IMG/VR virus record: IMGVR_UViG_3300028591_000121
Coordinates: 1-64,000 of that record
Direction: 5' to 3' (one strand)
Length of the DNA: 64,000 nucleotides
Source: a virus
Lineage: Duplodnaviria; Caudoviricetes
Below the pieces are notes generated by a model. The model searched no databases, had not been told where the DNA came from, and saw only the letters and a program-made list of their open reading frames with translations. A program made the position numbers and the translations under genes. Positions within the stretch are counted from its first letter, which is position 1. Every line of letters starts with the position of its first letter. This document shows positions 55,292-64,000 of the stretch, one piece after another.

Positions 55292-57151
55292 GTGTCCACT
55301 ATGGAATCTGTTGAAGAAACTGTAATGGATTATGCCAGAACCGCATTAGGGGAATACAAAACACGCCACACTGCGAATGGGACAGAGTTTGTTGCTAAAT
55401 ACTGTCCCATTTGTAACGGCGGAACCGGTAGCCACAGAGATATGTGGACATTCGCACTCTCTACTAACGGGGCTGCGAACTGTAAGCGTGGAACATGTGG
55501 TTTCCGAGGAACAATCAACGATTTACTCAAAATGGAAGGCAAAGAACCGATCAGGTTCAGGTTTTCAAAGATGGATATGACGAGTTCGAAGAAAAATTAC
55601 ACCCTTCCAAAGACAGAGACGGTGGAACTGACACAAAAGTGCCGTGATTACCTTCATACAAGAGGTTTTTCGGACAACACGATCAATGCGTTCCATTTGA
55701 ACAGCGATACCCAGGGAAATATCGTCTTCAACTTCATTCGGCATGGTCAGGTTGTGTATCAGAAGTTCCGTGCGCCTGAAAAATTCATTAAAGGCAACGG
55801 AAAACCCAAGGAATGGCAAGTTTCCAACACTGAACCGATCCTTTTGAACCTCGACGATATCTCTTTGAAGACTCCGCTCGTGATTACTGAGGGCGAATGC
55901 GATGCGATGGCTGTTTTTGAAGCCGGATACACCAATGTGACATCAGTTCCGTGTGGATGTGACAATCTGACGTGGATCGACAACTGTTGGGAGTTCCTGA
56001 TGATGGTTGACACCATTATTTTGTTCGGGGATGCCGATGAACCCGGTCAGAAGATGGTTGAGGACTTGAAAAACAGGCTTTCGATCTGCAATTTGCAGTT
56101 CATTCCGATTGAAGCCTACCCTACCCGCCCTGATGGAACAGTTTGCAAGGATGCAAACGAGATTCTGGTGCGGTATGGCAAGGAAAAGGTGTTGGAGATG
56201 ATCGGAAGCGCAGAATCCTGCGAAATTAAGGGTCTGATCGATTTCGCAGATATCCGGCGTAGCGATCCCAACAACAAAGTCCGCATCCCAATCGGTATTC
56301 CGGGCTTAGACAAGGCAACAGGCGGTCTTCAAGAGGGTGGAATTACTATTGTGACGGGCGATCCTGGCTCTGGTAAGTCAACTTCGATGGGGATCACGAT
56401 TATTAATGCAATTGAACACGGTTTCCCAGTCTGTGTGTACTCCGGCGAACTTTCCGCAGAGGATTTTCAGGAGTGGATCACGCTTCAGGCTGCCGGAGAT
56501 GAGTATGTCGGACTCCGATACGATGATTTCGAGAAGAGTTATGAGCCTTGGCTTGAGGATGACGTGTATAAGCGGATTTGCGAACACTTCAGGGGCAAGC
56601 TGAAGGTCTACGACAATGAATTGGATACGCCGGAAGGTATTCTGAAGGCGGTTACAGACCTTTTTGAGGGAGCATTTCGAAGATACGGCTCAAAGTTGTT
56701 CTTTGTAGACAACTTGATGAGCCTTGGGTGGGGTTCTTCTGGTGATGACAATGCAGTACAAGGTGAAATCATTCAAACGATGAAGCACTTCGCATTGAAG
56801 CACCACGTCCACGTTGTAATCGTTGCCCATCTTCGCAAAACAAGCCCTCTTGGACGGTCAAAAGTAACGCTGAACGATATTGCTGGCAACTCCATGTCCG
56901 TAAAGGCAGCCGACAACGTGTTTCTCGTCGAAAATCAGGCATTTAAGGTGCTGAAAAACCGCAAAAAAGGACGTTTCCCGATCACGGAGTTTTGTTTCTG
57001 CCCCGCATCAAGAAGAATTTATCAGGCGGATGTCGGAGACACGCTGGTTTGCAATTGGGATCGCAATGGAGCACCTCATCCGGCAAAAAGAGCAGACTCT
57101 TTGGACGATTACAAGATCAAGCCACCGCCAGTAACCAACGAACCGATCTAA
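55292..57151 (+). CDS. Primase-helicase (T7 gp4/Twinkle-like)
   Basis: Zn finger CPIC..C...C; TOPRIM ITEGECD, D.DEPG, KDANE; SF4 helicase GDPGSGKS, VDNLM, VAH.RK. Confidence 0.9.
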   Translation: MSTMESVEETVMDYARTALGEYKTRHTANGTEFVAKYCPICNGGTGSHRDMWTFALSTNGAANCKRGTCGFRGTINDLLKMEGKEPIRFRFSKMDMTSSKKNYTLPKTETVELTQKCRDYLHTRGFSDNTINAFHLNSDTQGNIVFNFIRHGQVVYQKFRAPEKFIKGNGKPKEWQVSNTEPILLNLDDISLKTPLVITEGECDAMAVFEAGYTNVTSVPCGCDNLTWIDNCWEFLMMVDTIILFGDADEPGQKMVEDLKNRLSICNLQFIPIEAYPTRPDGTVCKDANEILVRYGKEKVLEMIGSAESCEIKGLIDFADIRRSDPNNKVRIPIGIPGLDKATGGLQEGGITIVTGDPGSGKSTSMGITIINAIEHGFPVCVYSGELSAEDFQEWITLQAAGDEYVGLRYDDFEKSYEPWLEDDVYKRICEHFRGKLKVYDNELDTPEGILKAVTDLFEGAFRRYGSKLFFVDNLMSLGWGSSGDDNAVQGEIIQTMKHFALKHHVHVVIVAHLRKTSPLGRSKVTLNDIAGNSMSVKAADNVFLVENQAFKVLKNRKKGRFPITEFCFCPASRRIYQADVGDTLVCNWDRNGAPHPAKRADSLDDYKIKPPPVTNEPI

Positions 57152-57325
57152 GGAAGGGAAAAAGTATGAAAAAGAACGAGGTACGTGCAGGACAGAGGGT
57201 CAAGTTCGATACCCCGCACGGTATCGAAGAGGGTTATGTGATTTATGACACCTGTTTTGATGTTTATTTTCAGGTGAAAACAGATAAAGGACGCAATCTT
57301 TTGCTGTTGCCAGAGGAGTTGACGC

Positions 57326-58156
57326 TTGTTGAAGAAGACGGAGAGTAATCCCCACTATTCTTTCTCTGCTTTGACCTCTTTTCTCCAGTGCCCGATGAGT
57401 TTTTATCTCCATAATATCGAAGGAGTTCCAAGTGATGGTAATGCATTCTCTGATTACGGAAGTTATTGCCACAAACTCTTGGAAGACTGGGAGAAAGGAA
57501 CGATTCCGCTGTTTGCTTTGGCGGATGAGTATGAGGGAGGCTATCAGAGCAACGTTACCCATGCATTTCCTGCCTTCCCGAAAGGTATGCCTGAGAAATT
57601 CTTCCTCGCTGGACTGGAATACTTTGAAAACTTCAGCGGATTCGATGAGGATTATGAAATTCTTGAGGTTGAGAAGAAGTTTTCGATCCAGATCAGAGGA
57701 CATGAGATCCACGGAATCGCAGACGTTATCTGTCGGAACAAAAAGACAGGGAAGATTGAGGTGATCGACCACAAATCCAAGTCGAAAGCCTCGATGAAGA
57801 AAGAATATCAGATTTATAAGAAGCAACTTTATCTTTATGCGATCTACATCAAGCAGGAATACGGTGAGTGGCCGGCAAGACTCCGCTTCAATATGTTCAG
57901 AGAGGGCTACTGGATTACAGAAGACTTTGATGAAGCGTATGTGAAGGAGACTGAGGACTGGATTGAGGACACGATCAAGAAGATTGAAGCCACGAAGGAC
58001 TGGGCGATCTGCCCTAATTGGTTCTTCTGCTTGCAACTGTGCGATGTGATCGGTAGCTGCCCCGCAAGAGATGCGATTGTAACCGGGGCTGCATTCGAAA
58101 AGAAAGAGAAGAAAGGTAAAAAGGAAAAGGAGAAAGAGGAAAATGGCGATGCGTGA
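57326..58156 (+). CDS. PD-(D/E)XK exonuclease (Cas4/RecB-like)
   Basis: SFS.L..F..CP, G...H, G..D, IDHKS, QLYLY, C..C....C. Confidence 0.85.
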   Translation: MLKKTESNPHYSFSALTSFLQCPMSFYLHNIEGVPSDGNAFSDYGSYCHKLLEDWEKGTIPLFALADEYEGGYQSNVTHAFPAFPKGMPEKFFLAGLEYFENFSGFDEDYEILEVEKKFSIQIRGHEIHGIADVICRNKKTGKIEVIDHKSKSKASMKKEYQIYKKQLYLYAIYIKQEYGEWPARLRFNMFREGYWITEDFDEAYVKETEDWIEDTIKKIEATKDWAICPNWFFCLQLCDVIGSCPARDAIVTGAAFEKKEKKGKKEKEKEENGDA

Positions 58157-58552
58157 ATTGACCTACTGGATTCCGCTCTACACATTCATCCTGACTTCGT
58201 TCTTCGCTCTCGTATTCGGTTATTACCATAACGAGAAGATGATTGAGACCGAGCAGTATGAACTGATGGTACAGCCTTGGAAGCCAATCCTGATTAACTG
58301 GGCGATCATTACGATCTTTATTCTGGGGGTGAGTCTTGGAGCATGACCGAGAAGCAGATAAGAACACATTCCGCTAGTGAGTGTCAGAGGATTTACTGTC
58401 AGGAGTACGGATTCCCCTGGGTCGCTCCGATTAAGTGTTGCCCTAGGTGTGGATTTGATATCTATGACCCTGAGAAAGGGTACACGAAAGAACAGGCAGC
58501 GACTCAGATGATTACCAGCTGTCCCCACTGTCATTACAGCTTTGTCGATTAA
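58143..58552 (+). other. Small membrane protein (58143-58346) and Zn-finger protein (58343-58552)
   Basis: Two hydrophobic helices in the first; CC..C and CPHC motifs in the second. Confidence 0.6.
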
Positions 58553-58570
58553 AGAAAAGGAGATTCAGTT

Positions 58571-59371
58571 ATGGGTAATGAGTTGAAGGTTTTCCAGAAC
58601 GAACAGTTTGGTCAGGTACGTGTGATGATGGTCGACAAGGATCCGTGGTTTGTTGCTGCGGATGTGTGCAAGGCACTTGAACTCAAGAACTACAACACGT
58701 CTCTCCAGCTTCTTGATGATGACGAAAAAATGACTATCCATAATGTGGATAGTCATTCAGGTCAGCGTGGTGGAGCGCAGTTCACAACACTTATTAACGA
58801 AGCAGGACTTTATTCTCTGATCCTTCGTTCCCGCAAGCCTGAAGCCAAAGCTTTCAAGCGTTGGGTAACTCACGAGGTGCTTCCGTCGATTCGTAAGCAC
58901 GGTATGTATGCGACTGACGAAACTCTTGATAAGATGATCGGAGATCCTGATTTTGCAATCAAGCTCTTTACGACTCTCAAGGAAGAGCGTGAGAAGAATA
59001 AGAAGCTTCAGGCTACCGTCGAAACTCAGGCTAAGAAGATCGAAGCTGACAAGCCCAAGGTTCGTTACTATGACATCATTCTCCAGTGTGAGGAACTCCT
59101 TACTCCTACTCAGATCGCCAAGGACTATGGCATGAGTGCGATCAAGTTTAACAGGTTGCTTAGTGAACAGCACATTCAGTTCCGTCAGGGTAAGAAGTGG
59201 ATTCTGTATCAGAAGTACGCAGACCTTGGATGGGGACAGAATCAGACCAGTGAATATTACACGGATTGGGGGTTCAATTGCGACACCGCTCTTCGCTACA
59301 CTCAGGTAGGACGCAGAGGAATCTATGACAAGCTCAAGGCTAATGGAATTCTCCCGATCTGTGAACGTTAA
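58571..59371 (+). CDS. BRO-N/KilAC antirepressor
   Basis: F.NEQFGQVR, PWFVAADVC, INEAGLYSLILRSRKPEAK.FKRWVT.EVLPSIRK.G.Y; KilAC TQIAKDYGMSA. Confidence 0.9.
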   Translation: MGNELKVFQNEQFGQVRVMMVDKDPWFVAADVCKALELKNYNTSLQLLDDDEKMTIHNVDSHSGQRGGAQFTTLINEAGLYSLILRSRKPEAKAFKRWVTHEVLPSIRKHGMYATDETLDKMIGDPDFAIKLFTTLKEEREKNKKLQATVETQAKKIEADKPKVRYYDIILQCEELLTPTQIAKDYGMSAIKFNRLLSEQHIQFRQGKKWILYQKYADLGWGQNQTSEYYTDWGFNCDTALRYTQVGRRGIYDKLKANGILPICER

Positions 59372-59394
59372 TTAATTTAGAACGGAGTATTGAA

Positions 59395-62300
59395 ATGCCA
59401 ACGATTGAATTCGAAAACTACCATTCTCACAGTTGTATCAGCAACGGTTCGTCCTTGGCAGATTCCCCGGTTCTCTATGATCAGTACGCAAAGGTATACA
59501 AGGAACGTGGAATGCACTGTCTCTTTGCTGTTGAACATGGAAACCGGGGAGACGTATTCCGCTGCTATTCTCTGACAGAACAGTATGCGGAACAGTCTGA
59601 ACCTTATAAACTCACAACTCTTGCAGGAGCGGAAGCTTACTTTGTAAACGACCGCAAAGCAAAAGATAGAACAAATGCCCATCTGATTCTGATTGCCAAA
59701 GATCAGGAAGGTTACTATGAACTGAATGAGATTCTCAGTGAGTCATATGAGACGGGTAAGTATCACAAGAATCGAATCGACTGGGAGTTACTTGAGCGGC
59801 TCGATCCAACCCATTTCGTGTGTACTACCGCATGTGTCGCTGGCCCAGTAGGTAAGATGGATGAGAGTGCGGTTTGCAGACTCGCCAGTATCTTCGGTAA
59901 GAACTTCTACCTTGAAGTCCAGGCACATCTTCAGGCTGATCAGATTGAGCATAACAAGAAAGTACTCTATCTCTACCATAAGTACGGTTATCCTCTGATC
60001 TTTGCTACTGACTCCCATTACATCGACAGCAAGGACAAGATTCTCCGTGATCAGATTCTCCTCTCTTCGCACATTACTTACGAGGACGAAGGAAGTTTCG
60101 ATTTGTTCCTTCCTACCGCTGAAGAAGCTTACGAACTGATGAAGACTCAGGGAGTACTTTCTGAAGCTCAGATTCGTGAAGCTTTCGACAACACGCTCCA
60201 GTTCCGGGATTACCCAGGCGTAACATTTACGCATGAGAAGAAGATTCCGAATATCTATCCCAAGCTTTCACAGGAGCAGAGGGACAAGATGTACTGGACG
60301 ATGTGTCATGAGAAGTACGAGGAGTTGTATGGAGATACACCAGACGAACAGAAGCTTGCCGAGTACGAAGATCTTGAGAACAACGAACTCCATCCCGTCA
60401 TCGAAACCCGCACAACAGATTACTTCTTGGATGTTAAAGCCACTATTGAAAAGGGCATTAAATACGGGGGAATCCTTACCCACACAGGAAGAGGTTCTGG
60501 CGTGTCGTTTGCTTCCAATCATCTTCTTGGTTTCACGTCAATCAACAGACTCCGCTGTCCAGTAACTCTTTATCCTGAGCGTTTCATTTCTGCGGAACGT
60601 CTTAAAGCCGGCAGTATTCCCGATCTGGATTTGAATATCGTAGCTCAAGAACCTTTCCAGAGAGCGGGACGTGAGATATTCGGAGAGTTTAGTTTCCTTC
60701 CGATGATTAAGTACGATACGAACAAAGCCGGGGCTGCGTTCAAAATGCTAGCTAGGGCTAATGACATTCCTTTTGAGACAGCGAATCTGGTATCCAAGCA
60801 GTTGAAGAGATACGATACTGAACTTGCTTATGCGGATGAAGATGAAAAGGACATGATTCAGCTTGAGGATTATGTCGAACCACGATTCCTTGATCTGGTT
60901 AAAGAATCAGAAGCTTACCGTGGAATCATAATGAGGTTTGGCGTACATCCTTGCGCTCATCTGATGGTTCAGGGAGATATCCGCAGACTCTTCGGTACAA
61001 TTATTATCGACTCAGAACACAGCAAGAAAGACCCAGTAAGATGTGCTTATATTACTGGTGATATGGCTGACAAATTTGGTTATGTTAAGCAAGACCTTCT
61101 GATAGTGGAGTGCGTGAAACTTGCAGAGATGGCTTATGAAGCCGCTGGGATTGAGATGCCTACGGTGGATAAGTTGATTGAGATTACTAAGAACGATAAA
61201 CCTACTTGGGATATCTACGCTAAAGGCTTGACCCTGGGTGTGAATCAGGTCGAGAAGCAGAAGACTTCCGACAGAGTGAAACAGTTCAAGCCCAAAAGTG
61301 TGTCTGAGATTTCCGCATTCATTGCTGCCATCAGACCGGGCTTCAAGACGATGCTCAATTCCTTCGTAGCACGAGAACCTTTTACTTACAACATTCCAAT
61401 CCTCGACAATATTCTCCAGACAAAAGATATGCCTTCCTCTTGGTTACTTTATCAGGAACACATTATGACAATAGCTAAGGTTGCGGGACTGACTCCGGCT
61501 GAAGCTTATGTTCTGATTAAGGCGATTTCGAAGAAGAAGAAGAAAGTTATCGAAGAGAAGAAGGAGAAGTTTATCAACGGTCTGACCGAGGTTCTTTGTT
61601 CTCAAACTCACGACTCAGTAGAGAAAAACAAAGACATTTCAATGCAAGTATGGCAGATCGTGGAAGATTCTGCGTCCTATATGTTCAACGCTTCTCACTC
61701 ATTTTCTGTAGCGTGTGACTCGTTATACGCCGCATATGTTAAGGCTCACTACCCTATCGAGTTTTACAAGACTCTGATTACTCTCTATGCGGATAAAGGT
61801 AAGAAGGACAAGATCGCTGAAGCTAGGACTGAAGCTTTGAAAGGATTTGGGATCAGGTTTGTACCGCCCAGATTCAGGCAGGACAACAGAACCTTCTCGA
61901 TCAATAAAGAAGAGAACACAATCTCCGACGTTCTTGTTTCCGCAAAGAGTATGGGTAAGCAGGCGGCTGCCGATCTCCTCAAATACAAGGACTACGATGG
62001 AAAGTACTTTGTTGATCTGGCTTACGATATCTCAAGAAACACATCGATCTCCAAGACTATGATGGAGATACTGATCAAGATGGATTACTTCCAGGAGTTT
62101 GGTTCTGCGGGTAAACTGATGGGTCTTTGGCAGGAACTCAGGGAAGGCAAGAACAAACTCAATGATAAGTTGATCGAAAAAACATTTAATGCGCGGCTTG
62201 AAATCCTGCATGAGATGGAAGACAAGATGCCCGAATCAGAGTTGCCAATGGGTTTCCGCATCAGGTTTGAGATTGAAACGTTTGGTACTCCGATCTCTAC

Positions 62301-62595
62301 ATTTCCTGATGCGAGAGGTATGTATGCGGTGACTTCAATCGATGACAAATATGGGATTAAGCTTGGACTTTACAATCTGCGGACAGGCACTGCTGGTATC
62401 GTAAAGGTGAAGAAGCCAATCTTTACCGCCCATCCTCTTTATGTTGGCGATGTGCTGCATCTTGATCTCTGGTTGCCACAGCCGGCCTATACATACAAGG
62501 ATGGTAAACGCCAGAAAATTGAAGGTTCGAAGGAATTATGGATTGAACAGTATACGGTTCTTACTGATCCCGTGTCTGGGGTCAAGGAAGAATAA
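59395..62595 (+). CDS. dnaE: DNA polymerase III alpha subunit (DnaE-like), no TAG
   Basis: PHP NYHSHS, TDSHY; GRGSG, PDLD; HP; Y.FNASH. Confidence 0.93.
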   Translation: MPTIEFENYHSHSCISNGSSLADSPVLYDQYAKVYKERGMHCLFAVEHGNRGDVFRCYSLTEQYAEQSEPYKLTTLAGAEAYFVNDRKAKDRTNAHLILIAKDQEGYYELNEILSESYETGKYHKNRIDWELLERLDPTHFVCTTACVAGPVGKMDESAVCRLASIFGKNFYLEVQAHLQADQIEHNKKVLYLYHKYGYPLIFATDSHYIDSKDKILRDQILLSSHITYEDEGSFDLFLPTAEEAYELMKTQGVLSEAQIREAFDNTLQFRDYPGVTFTHEKKIPNIYPKLSQEQRDKMYWTMCHEKYEELYGDTPDEQKLAEYEDLENNELHPVIETRTTDYFLDVKATIEKGIKYGGILTHTGRGSGVSFASNHLLGFTSINRLRCPVTLYPERFISAERLKAGSIPDLDLNIVAQEPFQRAGREIFGEFSFLPMIKYDTNKAGAAFKMLARANDIPFETANLVSKQLKRYDTELAYADEDEKDMIQLEDYVEPRFLDLVKESEAYRGIIMRFGVHPCAHLMVQGDIRRLFGTIIIDSEHSKKDPVRCAYITGDMADKFGYVKQDLLIVECVKLAEMAYEAAGIEMPTVDKLIEITKNDKPTWDIYAKGLTLGVNQVEKQKTSDRVKQFKPKSVSEISAFIAAIRPGFKTMLNSFVAREPFTYNIPILDNILQTKDMPSSWLLYQEHIMTIAKVAGLTPAEAYVLIKAISKKKKKVIEEKKEKFINGLTEVLCSQTHDSVEKNKDISMQVWQIVEDSASYMFNASHSFSVACDSLYAAYVKAHYPIEFYKTLITLYADKGKKDKIAEARTEALKGFGIRFVPPRFRQDNRTFSINKEENTISDVLVSAKSMGKQAAADLLKYKDYDGKYFVDLAYDISRNTSISKTMMEILIKMDYFQEFGSAGKLMGLWQELREGKNKLNDKLIEKTFNARLEILHEMEDKMPESELPMGFRIRFEIETFGTPISTFPDARGMYAVTSIDDKYGIKLGLYNLRTGTAGIVKVKKPIFTAHPLYVGDVLHLDLWLPQPAYTYKDGKRQKIEGSKELWIEQYTVLTDPVSGVKEE

Positions 62596-62610
62596 GAAAG
62601 GAATAATAAA

Positions 62611-63024
62611 ATGAATAAGATTTCTTTTCCATACTTTGTAGATGTAGGGTATGGGAATACATTCAACACGGATTGTATTTAGGGTGTAATCAGAGTAGGC
62701 ACAAGAGGTGCAGATCGTACCCTTGACTGGGCTAAGAAGAACAGAAAAGTCTGGGATTGCCGTATGAATAAGACTCTGAACTCTATCTTCCTGCTGACAA
62801 ATGGAGATGTGGTTATGTCCCACTTGTCACTGGAGACTGCGAGAAAGCGTCTCAACTCCGGCATTCGACTTGCTGCCGACCCACCCGTCGAAGATAACGA
62901 GTGTCGATACACGGAAGTTATTATCCCAGAGACTCCGATTGTATTCCCTAAGCCAGCCCCTAAAGTTATTGACACTGAAGATATTTTTGATGAGGACGAT
63001 TTCGAGGAGAGTGAAAATGAATGA
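62611..63024 (+). CDS. RemA/DUF370-family protein, 1 in-frame TAG
   Basis: FVDVGYGN..NTDCI*GVI...K...SIFLLTNG.VVMS.LSLET..KRL matches the RemA pattern (INIGFGN...RIIAIV...VILS.V.PET..RL); TAG at 62680-62682. Confidence 0.7.
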
Positions 63025-63698
63025 TTGAACTGCAGCCTTGTGCGAGGATTTAGTTTCCGACAACACCAGAACAAGGAGTGGAGATGTAGAAACTGTGTGA
63101 GTATGCGGCAAGAAATTGCTACAACACTACAGCTAAGATGACTGAGACGAGCTACCAAAAGATGATCCCCGCCTAGCTTAAAAAAGGACACGAGTCTCCG
63201 ATTGAACACTCGCTTATGATTGCGGAGATTGTTACTGGGCGAGATGTTATGGCTGAACTGACCAGGCATCGACTGAACAGCTTCTCAATCCGCAGTCAGA
63301 GATATGTAGATGAATGCAAGACTGGCGATATTGCATTCTGTGTTCCGCATTTTGAAAGGTACGGAGAAGAGAAAGCCCATGTCCTGTATAGTCTCTGGAA
63401 AGAAGATTGTTTAGCTTGTGAGGAAAGCTACAAGTATCTGAAGGAAGCAGGAGCGATTAATGAGGACGCACGTAAGGTTCTGATTAACTCTACTGCTACT
63501 CAGATCATAATGAGCGGTAACCTTAGATCCTGGAGACATGTATTTCAACTGCGGACAGCGAAGGATGTGTATCCTGAGTGCAGGATCGTTATGTGTGAGT
63601 TGCTCGAAAAAGCCAAGCTGATGTATCCCACAGTGTTTGACGATATTATTCCTGATGCAGCAGAGGAGAACGACGATGGCAATAGTAAAGAATCCTAA
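63021..63698 (+). CDS. thyX: Flavin-dependent thymidylate synthase, 3 in-frame TAG
   Basis: AARNCY, GHESPIEH, ELTRHR..SFS..SQRY, ARKVL, NLRSWRH..LR; TAG at 63051, 63087 and 63174. Confidence 0.92.
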
Positions 63699-63888
63699 CA
63701 CGGAATTCCGCAAAGGGCTGAAGAAGCGGATCAAGTCAAATGGCGGTTATTGCCTGAATAAAGAGAAAGGCAATAAGGATAACAAGTGTCCGTGTAAAGA
63801 GTTTAAAGAGACTGGGGAATGTGAATGCGGGATGTACGTTACAATCCCCGACGAACTGCTTGGAGAGGAGTTCACAGAAGATGATTAA
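63676..63888 (+). CDS. Ferredoxin-thioredoxin reductase catalytic-subunit-like small protein
   Basis: GYC...KCPC.EF....C.CG.Y. Confidence 0.65.
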   Translation: MAIVKNPNTEFRKGLKKRIKSNGGYCLNKEKGNKDNKCPCKEFKETGECECGMYVTIPDELLGEEFTEDD

Positions 63889-64000
63889 GTTTGAAAAGGT
63901 TTCATTTGAACAGTTTTGTCATGATTTTGTAGTGATGACTGGTGAGAATAACGAGTTTGATGAGCAGACTATCCGTGGGATTTATGATTCGATTCAGCTT
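63881..64000 (+). CDS. Probable dUTPase, N-terminus only (runs off the right edge)
   Basis: MIKFEKVSFEQF...IYDSIQL resembles the N-terminus of Firmicutes dUTPases; nucleotide-metabolism context. Confidence 0.55.
   Translation, partial: MIKFEKVSFEQFCHDFVVMTGENNEFDEQTIRGIYDSIQL

Noticed and set aside
33497-63734. Minus-strand ORFs in the right arm
   Set aside because: Antisense shadows of the dense plus-strand gene set
1-64000. Phage release factor or aminoacyl-tRNA synthetase supporting the recoding
   Set aside because: No such motifs were recognised in this window; they may lie elsewhere in the genome

Overview
A 64-kb piece of a large tailed-phage genome, probably infecting Bacillota/Clostridia (inferred from GGAGG-type RBSs, SPbeta-like morphogenesis gene order, DnaE and a RemA/DUF370 gene). 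The left arm (1-32.3 kb, minus strand) carries regulators, a tRNA/ncRNA cluster, a DUF2828 (TROVE/Ro-like vWA) gene, terminase, portal, protease-scaffold, capsid, head-tail and tail genes, and a tape measure protein of more than 3,780 aa. A repeat-rich intergenic region lies at 32.3-33.6 kb. The right arm (33.6-64 kb, plus strand) carries many small early genes, methyltransferases, ArdC, RNA ligase, a tyrosine recombinase and replication/nucleotide genes. Main result: the fragmented ORFs are not pseudogenes. They join in frame across TAG codons, and the informative TAGs fall at positions that call for leucine (ThyX, TerL, portal, protease, RemA, HTH regulator). The phage also encodes an amber (CUA) tRNA with a tRNA-Leu-type body. 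This points to TAG->Leu recoding rather than the TAG->Gln code known from gut phages. TAG codons appear confined to late and some nucleotide-metabolism genes. Second result: an array of four small structured RNA-like repeats lies between the suppressor tRNA and the DUF2828 gene, and at least two of them display tRNA anticodon stem-loop mimics (Asn GUU, Lys UUU). Family assignments come from motif recognition by eye; no database searches were run.
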